Shown piece after piece: positions 26,853 through 39,792 of a DNA stretch of 64,000 nucleotides (position 1 is the stretch's first letter; the number at the start of each line of letters is the position of its first letter). The DNA is from Eledone cirrhosa (lineage: Eukaryota): positions 116,002,001 through 116,066,000 of the forward strand of contig OZ024740.1 in assembly GCA_964016885.1 (NCBI GenBank), read 5' to 3'. The notes under the pieces are model-generated. The model made no database searches, was not told the origin of the DNA, and saw nothing but the letters and a program-made list of their open reading frames with translations. The translations under genes were made by a program, and so were the position numbers.

Positions 26853-26854
26853 TG

Positions 26855-26928
<74 letters not shown>

Positions 26929-26930
26929 CA

Positions 26931-26978
<48 letters not shown>

Positions 26979-27198
26979 TATCATAAATATCATAAATACA
27001 TACCATATCATATTTTCATATCATAGCCGGCCTCTGCAATCTATACAGGAAGTATGTAGGTCAGTCATTTTATAATTTCTGTCTTGTAATATTGTTTTAC
27101 TTATTAATAATATCTGATTTGAATAGTTATATGAGCCTCTTTTTCAGGCCTTCAGATCACCAAATACGATACATATGTATGTATATATATATAAATAT

Positions 27199-27323
27199 AT
27201 AGGAACGAGTAGGACCCCGACGGCTGAGCTCAAGCCGTTTCCTATTACCCACTCTACTACCCTAAGTATTGAGTACTTTGGTGCGTTATGGTCCATCTGG
27301 TTCCTTACCACATTTCCTTCGTT
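27199..27323. mobile_element. Penelope family A mini-insertion (inverted short end + tail)
   Basis: AGGAACGAGTAGGACCCCGACGGCTGAGCTCAAGCCGTTTC switches strand into TTCCTATTACCCACTC...TTGAGTAC...CCTTCGTT; (TA)n flanks. Confidence 0.85.
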
Positions 27324-27346
27324 ATATATATATATATATATATACA

Positions 27347-27430
<84 letters not shown>

Positions 27431-27559
27431 TAAACTAAATCAAACTAAAATAAATAAGTCAAATATTTAAAATTTGGCTTCGTTTATTACTGCTATATAT
27501 ATTTCGGTGACAGCCATATATATATATATATATATATTTATCTTACAGGTAATAAGGTA

Positions 27560-30239
27560 GTAGCCAGGTCACGGGGGTAGCCATGGGTACAAGAATGGGC
27601 CCGAACTATGCCAACCTTTTTGTTGGCCATGTTGAGGCCCAAATCTTTGCCCAGTACACCGGCCCCACGCCCGAACTGTACGGTCGTTACATCGGCGACT
27701 GTATCGGAGCCACGATCCTCACCCGAGAACAGCTCGACTCCTTTCTCTCCTTCTTCTGCTCCTTCCACCCCTCCCTCCACTTCACCACCTCTATCTCCAC
27801 CACCCACGTCCACTTCTTAGACATCTCCGTCGCCTTCGACCCCTCCCACCACTCCCTCGTCACCTCCGCCTTCTTCAAACCCACCGACTGCCACTCTTAC
27901 CTCGACTTCACCTCTTCCCACCCAACACACACTAAACACTCTATTCCCTACTCCCAACTCCTCAGGATCCGCCGCCTCTGTAGCCGAGATGCTGACTTCG
28001 AGTCCCAGGCCCTTTCCCTAGTCAGCCATTTCATCCGCAGAGGTTACCCCCCCCCTCTCTCTCTCTTCCACACTGCTCTCACCCGCGCTCGTGCTGTCCA
28101 CCGCTCCACCACCCTCACCCCACGCCACCGCACACCCACCTACCGTCTCCCCTTCCCCATCACCTACCACCCCTCCACCTTACCCCTCCACCGCACCATC
28201 CGCCACCTCTTCCGACGCCTCCAGTCCGACCCCTCCACCTCCCACATCTTCCCAACCCCACCACTCCCCTCCTTCAAACGTGCACGCAATCTCCGCACCC
28301 TCCTCGTCCACAGCTCCCTACCCCCCAACCCACACTCCCCCCCCCCGGTTCCTTTCCCTGTTCTAGGCCTCGCTGCAACACCTGTCCCCACATCACCAAC
28401 ACCACCACCTTCCAGGGTCCCAACGACCACTCTCTCTCTGTCCGGCATGCCTTCCGCTGCACCTCCTCCAACCTAGTCTACGGACTGCGCTGCAGCGCGA
28501 CTTACGTCGGACAGACGGGACGTCGCCTGGAGGACAGATTCATGAGCACCTCCGGGATATTCGTCTCGGTGGTAGTTCCCCCATCGCCCGCCACTTTGGT
28601 GCCCCTGGACATTCCGCACGCCATCTCACAGTCTTTGGCCTACTCCAGTGCCACGAAACACACGCCAATCTCCTCAGAGTTGAACATAGAACCATCTTCA
28701 TCTTACAGACCCACACTTCCCCCGGCCTGAACTCCCTACCCTTATTCCTTTAGCCTTCGACCGCCCCCCTCCCCCCACACATATCCCCCACTAACACCAC
28801 TAACACACCCCTCCTTTTCACCGCCCACCCCACAACTAACAATACTAACACCTCCACTCCACCCCTCATCCGACCACCATTCCCCAACTAACATACTAAC
28901 ATCTCTCCCTTCTTCTCCTCCCCCTCCTTATCACACGCACACACCCACCGGCACATATATACACGCGCTCACACTAAACACACACCCTACTACCACCACT
29001 AACCCTCACCCCCACACATCCACCCCAGCACCCCGCAACTAACATCACTAACACCCCCTGACCACAAGCACACGAACACACGCACCCTCTTTCACCACCA
29101 ACTCTACACACCCTACTACCACTGACCCCCACTCACACCCGCATTCAACGCTTTCTCTACCTCCTGTATACTAACACCCACTAACACCCCCTTCATCAAA
29201 CTACACACACACCAGTACACCACACTCCCTCCATCGACCCCCACACCCTTCTCTCCCCGCTACACCCACACCCTTTCTCAAACACTCACTCATCCCACTA
29301 ACACCTCTACTAATACACACACACACCCTCCTCACTCCAACTTTCACACCTACCCATCCTCGCCCCTTTACCATTCCACCCTACTGCTGCTATGCCCTCT
29401 GACCACCTCCCAGCACACACAGACACACAGCACTCCTACTGCCTTGACCACTTCCTGTTGCGCGCGCACACCACATCTCCCCTCTTCCGACCAATCTCTT
29501 CACGGATTACTCGTATGTGGACCTTGACGGCGGAATCAACTACCATCCTAGGATTTTACTAACCATTCCACCACATCTTCTTACGGAATCACCTTTATGA
29601 CTCACCCACACCCCCCCCCCCCCCCAAAATTTTTTTTCCCACACGCCACCTACACCCACAACACGCTTAAACACCACACACACGTGCGTTCCACCACATA
29701 TTTACACATTCAGCCTCCGGATTCCTCTCCCCCACCCCTCTATCCACACACGCACACACACTCCGACCTACACCCCACCCCACACACACCTCTTCCTGAA
29801 CATGCAACCCCGTTCTTCCCCCAACCCTTGCTTTCACATACACACACGCACACACACACACACACACGTACACCTACACACACACACCACCTTCAGCTCT
29901 CCCCGCTCGGACATCCCGTCTCCCTCTCCCCACTCCACCCGCCACCACCCTTACACGCCCCACACCCTTCCACCACCTGTTTTACCCCATTTTAATTTTA
30001 TTTTGATCATGCTTTTATTTTTAATTTCATTTGCACCGTTTCTCCCACCCCCTTTTTGTTATATGTCTCTCCACCACTCCCCTAAACACCCTTTGAACTC
30101 TCTTCCCACACATTTTTCACCTGAAGAAGGGCTTATGCCCGAAACGTCGTTCCCCACCACCACCCCACTCTCAAGAGCGTGAAATTAATAAACATTCGTT
30201 GTACTGCCTCTCTGTTTTGCTCCTGTTCAAATTTTCCAT

Positions 30240-30240
<1 letters not shown>
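27560..30240 (+). mobile_element. 5'-truncated Penelope-like element, Neptune-type (RT + Cys linker + GIY-YIG, long C/A-rich 3' UTR, terminal hammerhead)
   Basis: GVAMGTRMGPNYANLFVG, YGRYIGDC (decayed YIDD), HFLDISV, KPTDCHSYL..SSHP and IPYSQLLRIRRLCS. After a frameshift: PCSRPRCNTCPHI, FRCTSSNLVY, YVGQTGRRL..RF, GLN, stop at 28751-28753. Confidence 0.88.
30118..30150 (+). ncRNA. Minimal type I hammerhead ribozyme at the 3' end of the Neptune-type PLE
   Basis: CAC-CTGAAGA-AGGGC(TTAT)GCCC-GAAAC-GTC-GTT, with AATAAA downstream. Confidence 0.75.
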
Positions 30241-30328
<88 letters not shown>

Positions 30329-30330
<2 letters not shown>

Positions 30331-30435
30331 CAAAGGAATTGTGGTAAGGAACCAGATGGACCATAACGCACCAGAGTACAGAAATAGCCGTCGAAACGGC
30401 TTGAGCTCTGCCGTCGGGGTCATACTTTTTCCTAT
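30329..30435. mobile_element. Penelope family A mini-insertion
   Basis: The inverted tail (AACAAAGGAATTGTGGTAAGGAACCAGATGGACC...) is fused to a sense hammerhead 3' half ending TTCCTAT|(TA)n. Confidence 0.85.
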
Positions 30436-30437
30436 AT

Positions 30438-30527
<90 letters not shown>

Positions 30528-30650
30528 TTTGTGTGTCTGTGTTTGTATGTTTGTGCATATATATCTAATATAATATATATATACAAATATATATATATAA
30601 TATATATATATATATATTATATATATATGTATTTGTGTGTATCTGTGTGT

Positions 30651-30835
30651 GAGTTCTGGGTTCAATCGGGGGTAACCACAGTAAGTAAGGTACTCAATAC
30701 CTTAGTAAATTGTAAACATCAAATTTAATATAGAAACGACTTCTACAGGACTAGAACTGTTTCATTTGAAAGAAATTATCAGGAAAGCCCTGATGATTTC
30801 TATCTCAATGAAACAATGCTGGTCCTGTAGAAGTC

Positions 30836-30840
<5 letters not shown>
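30651..30840. mobile_element. Penelope-type fold-back insertion (family B) with hammerhead
   Basis: Tail GGGTTCAATCGGGGGTAACCACAGTAAGTAAGGTACTCAATAC, then a palindrome around CAGGAAAGCCCTG; CTGATGA at 30790-30796 ... GAAAC ... CTGTAGAAG. Confidence 0.8.
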
Positions 30841-30888
<48 letters not shown>

Positions 30889-30889
30889 T

Positions 30890-31797
30890 ATATAAATGAA
30901 AGCTATAGAAATTGTTGTAGCGAGAAGCTAACAGTATTCCATAACATATATGCGACTATAGCGTCAAAATGGGAAAAATAGTTAATTTAAGATGTGGGAA
31001 AAATAATTCAAACTCATCTCAAAGAGAATCAGGATATAAATTCATCCACAGAATTTAGTGAAATCCATGGAAAAATCAATAGAGCCTTAATTCATGATAA
31101 AATAAAGTCTAAAATACTCATCCTTCAATTTGGAAAAACTTCAAATGCTCTGTATAGTCTTAAAGACCATTTCATGAAAACTTTCAGTGGAGCTTGTCAC
31201 GGTTGGATTTCAATCGTCAGCAGAGCTCAACTCGATAACCAGGACTCTCACAGATTTATATGCCAAAAAGGGAATTTTAAAACTGGCTAGTTCACCATCA
31301 TGCGTGATTATGAAAAACGCACATGAGGAAAAACAGGGCTAGTGACGTCAGAATGAGACGAATGTTTGTTTACAAGAAATAACAGTCAAAAACATTCCGA
31401 AAAAAACTCTACAAAAGGAGTTCAGCAAAAAGCAATATTATCGCAGTTTTTATTAAAAAAACCGGGATTAGTCACAAATAATTTAAGCACTCTAGGAAAA
31501 AAATCCGAGTATAAATATATAAATGAAAGGTATAGAAATTGTTTTAGCGAGAAGCTAACAGTATTCCATAACATATATGCGACTATAGCGTCAAAATGGG
31601 AAAAATAGTTAACGTAAGATGTGGGGAAAATAATTCAAACTCATCTCAAAGAGAATCAGGATATAAATTCATCCACAGAATTTAGTGAAATCCAGGGAAA
31701 AATCAATAGAGCCTTAACTCATGATAAAATAAAGTCTAAAATACTCATCCTTCAATTTGGAAAAACTTCAAATGCTCTGTATAGTCTTAAAGACTAT
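30890..31797. repeat. TA-flanked terminally redundant unit (627-bp period, ~280-bp direct repeat)
   Basis: 30890-31170 matches 31517-31797 (duplicated ORFs MGKIIQTHLKEN... at 30994 and 31621); (TA)n on both sides. Confidence 0.85.
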
Positions 31798-31800
31798 TTC

Positions 31801-31875
<75 letters not shown>

Positions 31876-31878
<3 letters not shown>

Positions 31879-32246
31879 AGTGCAACTTGGAGTTACTGTA
31901 GATTCACCCGAGTGAGCACTCGATGTTTTGGTTCACTTCTGTGTCGAGGTGTAGAGCTATACAGAGTGTATTATATTGAAAAGATAACAAGGACGATTGG
32001 TTACTCCTTCATTGCCTTTATTGGTTTGTGACGCGCGTTTCGCCACTGATCAGCTCAAGGTTCGGTCTGTATCGATCTTACCCGACTCTGTAATCTGCAT
32101 TTTAAGGGGTCCGTCGAGCTGCAGATTACAGAGTCGGGTAAGATCGATACAGAACGAACCTTGAGGTGATCAGTGGCGAAACGCGCGTCACCAACCAATA
32201 AATGTAATGAAGGTGTAACCAATCGTCCATGTTATCTTTTCAATAT
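31876..32246. mobile_element. Penelope-type fold-back insertion (family D): ~95-bp tail + ~125-bp inverted arms
   Basis: 31973-32099 is the reverse complement of 32120-32246. It carries the PLE-type GAAACGCGCGTC hammerhead 3' half and AATAAA; (TA)n flanks. Confidence 0.75.
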
Positions 32247-32331
32247 ATATATATATAGCCTGCGGTGTTAAGACCGAGGAGAAAGAGGTTTGCTGACCAT
32301 ACAAGCCTAAACCACTTGTCGCGGTCGGGAT

Positions 32332-32412
<81 letters not shown>

Positions 32413-32437
32413 TATCTCTCCCCCCACTCTCTCTCTG

Positions 32438-32530
<93 letters not shown>

Positions 32531-33684
32531 CTCTAATTAGCATCTGCGTCTGTTTGGTTTGAATACTAGTAAGTCTGTGACTTGTCAAAATGTGAGTTAG
32601 TTTATGTCTAGTCAAGGCCTTATTAATTCTTTGTTTGGTGTAAGTATTTGTAAGTCTATGTTTGGTCTTATTATGTGTTAGTCTGTTTAATCTAAATATC
32701 TATCAGTCTGTTTTGTCTAAGTATATATATTAGTCTCTGTTTAGTCTTCGTTATCTGTTTCTTGTAAGTCCCATTTGTTTTATCAACATTGGTCTTATGT
32801 CTCTTGTGCGTCTCCACAGATCTTATATTCATATCTCTAATTCTGTATTTAATGTGGTATTATTATTTTTCTATTAGTTTTAGTCTCTTGAAATGTGCCC
32901 TTGTGTATTATTCTTGACCAAATATCAGGCCAATATCGGTATCGAGCGTCTTCACAAGAATATTGACGTAGCTGTGACGTTGCAGTTTTAAATATTGACA
33001 GAAATATTCCAAAGAGTCTTTCGTCCACCAAGTCCTTTCTGTTTGGTGCAGAAAACCTTAACTAACAAATGAAACAAACTATACATCCAGGGACTCGTTT
33101 GCCTTAAACATGTGAGGAGGAACAACCAACATTTGTTGATTCTTAAAGGAGCATAAATTACTTATGGTACCTTTCCCGGACCCTATCACATAAGTAAAAT
33201 TTTACACTAATTAAATTTTATATATTCAAATGAAGTTCAGATATAAAAAGAAATAAGCTTAAAAAGAATTTATTATATCAAATATACAAAAAATAAAATA
33301 TAGACGTTTGAAAAAGTGTGGTGGTGGTGGTGGTGGTGGTGCCCCCTGAAACAAGGCCCTTGTATATATCAATACATGTGGTATCAGGAAATTTGCCTCA
33401 TTCTTCTGTAAATGGATAAACTCAAACTTTAAGCTGGATGCGATAAACAACTTGGCCCCTAGCTACTTATGGTTCAAAGCTTCAGTTGAGAAATTGGTTG
33501 GAAATTCGGTCAACAATAATACACTAAGGCAAGCTTCAAGAGAGAAAAAACTAATAAAAATCAATATTACATTAAATATTTAGACCGAACAAAGAGTTAA
33601 TAAACTAGATAGATCAGAGAGAAATGGCAAAGAATATTAATGGCGCGTTATGTTAATACAGAAAACTGAACTAAATGCCCAAAA

Positions 33685-33723
<39 letters not shown>

Positions 33724-33753
33724 AAATATATATGTATATACATATATATTGTA

Positions 33754-33787
<34 letters not shown>

Positions 33788-33815
33788 AAATATATGTATA
33801 TACATATATATTGTA

Positions 33816-33891
<76 letters not shown>

Positions 33892-33914
33892 TCACGTACG
33901 CACATACATATATA

Positions 33915-34620
33915 CCATAGCTATTTCAGAAACAAATTACAGTCCCAGTTATACTCTCAACTGGAAACTAAGTGAATTAGCAAGAGCAGACAGGAAAAGA
34001 AAAGCAACAGTGACAGAATTGAGTGTGCACCACCCAAAACCTGACACAGAAAGATTATATTTACCTCAAACACAGGGAGGTAGGAGACTCCTGCAATTAT
34101 AAAACTATTATACAATATCTAGAGTAGGACTAAAAAAATATTGAATAGAGAATAAAGGAAAATCAGTATAAATAGCCAGAAAACATTAACCAAACATAAA
34201 AAAATATTTAAAAACAAAACATTTTCCGTCTTTTGGGAGACCAGCAGATATGAAAACAGAAGTTGAGATAAAATACAGCTGGGAGGAAGATGAGGAAACA
34301 ATGAGAGAGGATAATAAAAAAAGAAACTAAAATCTACATTAAAAAAGTGATTAGAATATGTCAGTTTAAGATTATTGGGTGACAAAAGCCATACATGACC
34401 AGTGGCAGACTATATTGTCACAGGAGAAATGGATAAATATAAATACCAAGAGAGATTGTTAAACAGAGAGAGAGAGAGTGGAGGTTTTGATGGCGACACA
34501 AGATGTTAACATGAAACTAACCACAATCCATAAACTGAAGCAGGGTAGAAATATAAACCTTAGGATATGTGATAGGTATGGAAGAAACAATCAATCACTT
34601 TGTTTTGTCTGACCCCTACC
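33915..34620 (+). pseudogene. Highly decayed R4/Dong-like LINE fragment
   Basis: [14 protein letters not shown]...[24 protein letters not shown], plus downstream remnants resembling E..MA.QD and RIC...EETINH. Confidence 0.65.
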
Positions 34621-35076
34621 CACCTCTGGTAACAAGACAAAAATGAAGGAAAGGAACCGATCGTCAGATCAGACCAAGGAAAAAACAATGCTTTCATTGA
34701 TCTTTCCATTGCTGATGCTATCTATCGGACGCAATTCTTTGCAAAAGATATGTGGTATTTAAAATCAGAATGCACACACACACGCACACAGACACACGCA
34801 CACGCGCGCACACACACACAGACACACGCACACTCATAGAGACAGACAGATATACACACACATACACACACATACACACAAACACACACATACACAACCA
34901 CACACATACAAAGACACATGCACACGCACTCTCACACAGACACATGCGCACACACACACACGAACACACACACACATATATATATATAGTTAGTATCTTT
35001 TCACCTTAGCGAATCTGGTTACTTACGACTTGAACACATTTATGTGTATATCTGTGTTTATCTCTCTTTTATATTC

Positions 35077-35151
<75 letters not shown>

Positions 35152-35156
<5 letters not shown>

Positions 35157-36375
35157 TACAATAACAGAGATAGTTTAAAGCTAATCTCTGACTGGTAACC
35201 ATCTCACTCAACAAACATTAGGTTATATTTTAATATAAACCCAATTTAAGTGTTTGGGGTGCTAACAATATGTATTATGTGGAAAAGCCAGTTGTATTAT
35301 TTTATGAGATATAATTAAAGTTAAAATATATCTCTCTTTCCAAACAATTGTTTCATTATAAGTTTTCTACAAATTCGGAGAATATTTCCAGTTTATGTAG
35401 AAGCCTAATATACATTCATGTAAGAATATATTTAGGTGGGCGTTTATAAATCATCAGTGGAAGCCCATTAAACCTTGATATAAGAAAAACATTTCTTACC
35501 ACGGTTAAAAATCATGTCCGTTAAGTTGCTCCTTCCCGCATCGAATGACCGGCAAATTTGAAATTCCAACAGTTTTTGACTGAGGAAGTGTTATAGCGTC
35601 ACTAAGCGGGAAGGGGAGACAACCACGATCCACGAAAGGAGGGAAAAAAATAATATACACGCGGGTTAATCAGTTTATTCGAAAACATTATCAATCCAAC
35701 GTGTTAAGAACTCAATTGAAATTAAAAAAATAAATATATGCGTGTATAAATTACACACGCATATAGATATTTTCTTAGGCTAAAATCAGAGGTTGTACCT
35801 GAATAAGAAACTGCATCTCGTAACCGTAGTAAATACGGAAAGTTATGCTTTAAAGGGCAAATGGGAATGTAAATCTCCGGCCGAATTAAGAGTAAAATAA
35901 AAAACACACGCGGGTTAATTAGTTATTTCAAAACTAATATCAATTCCTCGTGTAAAGAACTCAATTAATTAAAAAAAATAAATGTATGCATGTAATTATA
36001 TACATAGGCATATATATATTTTCTTAGGCTAAAAAACAGAGAAGTTACAACCAATAAAAACCACAATATCGCACAACGGAAAGTCAAATTTATAAGGTAC
36101 CTGGAAATAAACACCTCTGGCCAATCAAGAGTAAAATATTAATACAATAACAGAGATAGTTTAAAGCTAATCTCTGACTGGTAACCATCTCACTCAACAA
36201 ACATTAGGTTATATTTTAATATAAACCCAATTTAAGTGTTTGGGTGCTAACAATATGTATTATGTGGAAAAGCGAGTTGTATTATTTTATGAGATATAAT
36301 TAAAGTTTAAATATATCTCTCTTTCCAAACAATTGTTTCATTATAAGTTTTCTACAAATTCGGAGAATATTTCCA
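35152..36375. repeat. TA-flanked terminally redundant unit (~986-bp period, ~238-bp direct repeat) immediately upstream of tRNA-Asp
   Basis: 35152-35390 matches 36138-36375. There is also an older internal duplication, about 35657-35790 versus 35907-36035. Confidence 0.85.
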
Positions 36376-36382
36376 ATATACA

Positions 36383-36454
36383 TCCTCGGTAGTATAGTGG
36401 TAAGTATACCCGCCTGTCGCGCGGGAGACCGGGGTTCGATTCCCCGCCGGGGAG
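36383..36454 (+). tRNA. trnD: tRNA-Asp(GUC)
   Basis: 72-nt cloverleaf TCCTCGGTAGTATAGTGGTAAGTATACCCGCCTGTCGCGCGGGAGACCGGGGTTCGATTCCCCGCCGGGGAG; anticodon GTC at 36416-36418. G37 replaces the usual A, and only T3 follows immediately downstream. Confidence 0.88.
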
Positions 36455-36462
36455 GTACATAT

Positions 36463-36497
<35 letters not shown>

Positions 36498-36504
<7 letters not shown>

Positions 36505-37160
36505 CGGAACAAGTAAACATTAAACAATCTTTTAAATAAATTAAAATACGATTTACATATTTACCTCTTCTAGTGCTATGACCGGCGGTTTCGCTTATCA
36601 AAAGATTGGAAATTCAGAGAATTTCCAATGGAAAGATATAGCTCTTCAGATAGCTTTTCCAAATCTACTAGACATAAGTCCATATAGATGTAGACATATC
36701 ACCCTCTGCCCAGTAAATGAATCAAGCCGTTAAAATGACCCACACACTTATTGGACCGTTAGAAAAAGCGGGAATTATAGACTCGCTGATATTTCATGCT
36801 GCTAGATATAGCAGCATGATACAGTATATTTTTTTCTCTACATTAAGGAGAATTAGATAAATGATATAGATATCCCAGTAGGTACTAGGTACCCACGGAA
36901 ATATATATGGTGTCTATAATAGTGGTTGTTCTATGGTACTAATTTGAGATACCAGAACTGTAAATATGAGCGGAACAAGTAAACATTAAACAATCATTTA
37001 AATAAATTAAAATACGATTTACATATTTACCTCTTCTAGTGCTATGACCGGCGGTTTCGCTTATCAAAAGATTGGAAATTCAGAGAATTTCCAATGGAAA
37101 GATATAGCTCTTCAGATAGCTTTTCCAAATCTACTAGACATAAGTCCGTATAGATGTAGA
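36498..37160. repeat. TA-flanked terminally redundant unit (466-bp period, ~197-bp direct repeat)
   Basis: 36498-36694 matches 36964-37160 (ATATGAGCGGAACAAG...TAGATGTAGA). Confidence 0.85.
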
Positions 37161-37546
37161 TATAATATATATATATATATGCAACTGGCTTCCACACATT
37201 TTCTATTTATCAAATTTCCCTTACAAGGCATTAGTCAAAACTCGTCTGTAGTAGTAGACTCTCATTCAACGTACCATGCAATGAAATCGAACCCAGAAGA
37301 ACTGAATTGCGGATCAAAGTCATTGATGCTAAGGCGGATTCATTGAGTAGATCCGTCAAGAAGAGCCTCAAGATTATTTATGCCAATGTTTTCTCAAATA
37401 TAGCTATACTTTCTCTGTCTTTTACTAAATGCATGAACATATCCTCAAAGAACTCAGCAACCTTGTACACACGCACACACACACACACACACATATACAT
37501 ATTTCTTTCTTTCTCTCTCTCTCTTAGTATATATATATATATATAT

Positions 37547-37606
<60 letters not shown>

Positions 37607-37610
37607 CTAT

Positions 37611-37716
<106 letters not shown>

Positions 37717-38477
37717 CCTTCTCTATTATCTATTTTTATTCGTCCTGTCTCTGAATTTTACATTACCATCTCTCTAACCAAGAACTAGCTTTCATCTTGG
37801 CACAGTTTTTTAGCAAATCTACTCCAAGCTTGTCAAATATTCTAACATCTCCCTTGGGTATTTACACCTATCGCTCAGACAACGTATTTGTTTTTTGAAA
37901 GCCTTGGAGCATAAACTGTGAAATACAGGTGTTATATGTTGGCGTTGGATCTCCGTCAGTTCCGACGATGAATGTTCGAATTGTTTCATCGACATAAGAG
38001 CCTGCTCGTACACTTAACATCAAAGTGGCTGAGTATTCCACAGATAATTGTACTTTTAAATGCAATTCTCAGTGAGGTTCAGTGCGATACAGTGTATGAC
38101 AAGGAGGACCCTTTTCCAGCTGAGTGAACTGGAGTGAAGTGTAATAAAGCATGTCACGTGACAAACAGAAGAATGTAGGTAAGGAATAGAGAAGGAAAAA
38201 TATGCAGATATTAGTTGATATTAATCGATCGAAAGAAGGAATTCGATCCTTCCTTCGATAGTTATGTTCTAGTAGCGCAGTTTAGGTAGCGACCTCGGTG
38301 TTGGACTGGCACTATTTTATCGACCTCGAAAGGATGAAAGACAGAGTTGACCACAGTGGGATTTGAACTCAGAGCGCGCAAAGGGGTGGGACGAATTCCG
38401 TAAAGCAATCTATTCGACGTCTTAACGACTCTGTCAATTCGCCGCCTTATATACATATATACAATTATATATATAGG

Positions 38478-39792
38478 CCGCTTGGGAAGATGAAATCCTG
38501 CCCGAGATGTTAAAAGCCTTAAATAGAGACTGACTCGAGTGTATCGGGTGGCCTGGATCTCTGGAAATGAACCTAAGCAATGGCAATCGGGAGTGATAAT
38601 CCCAATTTTCAAAAAGGGAGACAAGAGAGATTGTTCCAATTACAAAGGGATATTCTTGTTAAGCCTCCCTGGTAAAGTCTATGCTAAGTGTCTGGCAAAG
38701 AGATGTGGGAAGATTGTCGATGCCAAGCACCACCGACCAAATATTCACACTGGGGGAGGTCTTCGAGAAATCGTGGGTGTATTGCTAAGTGGTATATTCT
38801 TGTTTTGTAGACATCGAAAAGGCATATGACCGCATTCCTCAGGACTTGCTGAGGAAGGTTCTGCAGGAGTATAGGATCGACAGTCAGCTTCCTGTTGCCT
38901 GGATGTCTCTATACGAATGCCCGAGTATTTGTGTTCGGAAAAATGATGCTAAATCGAAAACATTCAATATAGAAGTCGGACTCCGCCAGTGGTGCGTACT
39001 GTTCATTATTTTAATGAACATGTGGAGCCGGGCTGGAAATGATATCATGACTGGTGTAAAATCACTTGGCAGGAATTTCCAGGTGATAGGAAGTTACTTA
39101 ACTCGACAAAAGGTGATCTTCGACTTGCATTCCATAGGTTTGATGCCGAATGTTGAATGGCTGGAATGCAAATCAGTGCTGAGAAAACTGAAACAACTGA
39201 AACACTCGTCCTAAAGAAAGCTTGTGCAGTGCACTCTACATGTAACAGCAGTTCCACTGAAGCCAATGGAGAAGTTTTTCGGGGCCGTGTTCTCAAGTGA
39301 TGGAAGGCAGGAGATTAAATTAAGTGCAAGAATTGCAGGGGCTTGTGCAGTAATGCACAGCTTCAGCATTCAGTATTCAAAAGGGAGGGAGGCGTAAAAG
39401 CCAAACTCGCTATCTTCAATTTGGTTTTCATGCCAACTCTTACCTATGGTCATGAATCTTGGGTAATAAGCGAAAGAATACGATCGCGAATACAAGCGGC
39501 CGACATGGGGTTCCTCCGAAGAGTCTTTGGCGTAGCGTTAGTCGATTGAGAATTCACAGGTCATATACTATGGACATGTAGTTAGAATGTCTCAGGAAAG
39601 AATCACTGGACTGATTTTACGGGCAAAACCAATCGGTAGGAGAACCAGGGGTAGGTCACGAGCAAGATAATTGGATAACATCCAACTTGGTTTGTCTCGC
39701 TTGGGGATTCAGCCGAATCAGTTGAAGACAATTGCTTCTGACAGGATCAGCTGGAAGGAGTGTTTGAGGACACCAACCCCACGACCCTCTCA
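38478..39792 (+). mobile_element. Decayed 5'-truncated RTE-clade LINE (RT domain)
   Basis: PKQWQSGVIIPIFKKGDKRDCSNYKGIFLLSLPGKVYAKCL, CFVDIEKAYDRIP, VGLRQWC and PTLTYGHESW; multiple frameshifts. Confidence 0.88.

Noticed and set aside
30994-31812. Duplicated 98-aa/63-aa ORF MGKIIQTHLKEN...
   Set aside because: GTG starts and no recognisable domain; the duplication is explained by the terminal redundancy of the 627-bp unit.
32258-32410. Short unique segment followed by (TATC)n, considered as another Tx1 end
   Set aside because: It lacks the conserved CCC.WGTGGC.AATAAA terminus; identity unresolved.
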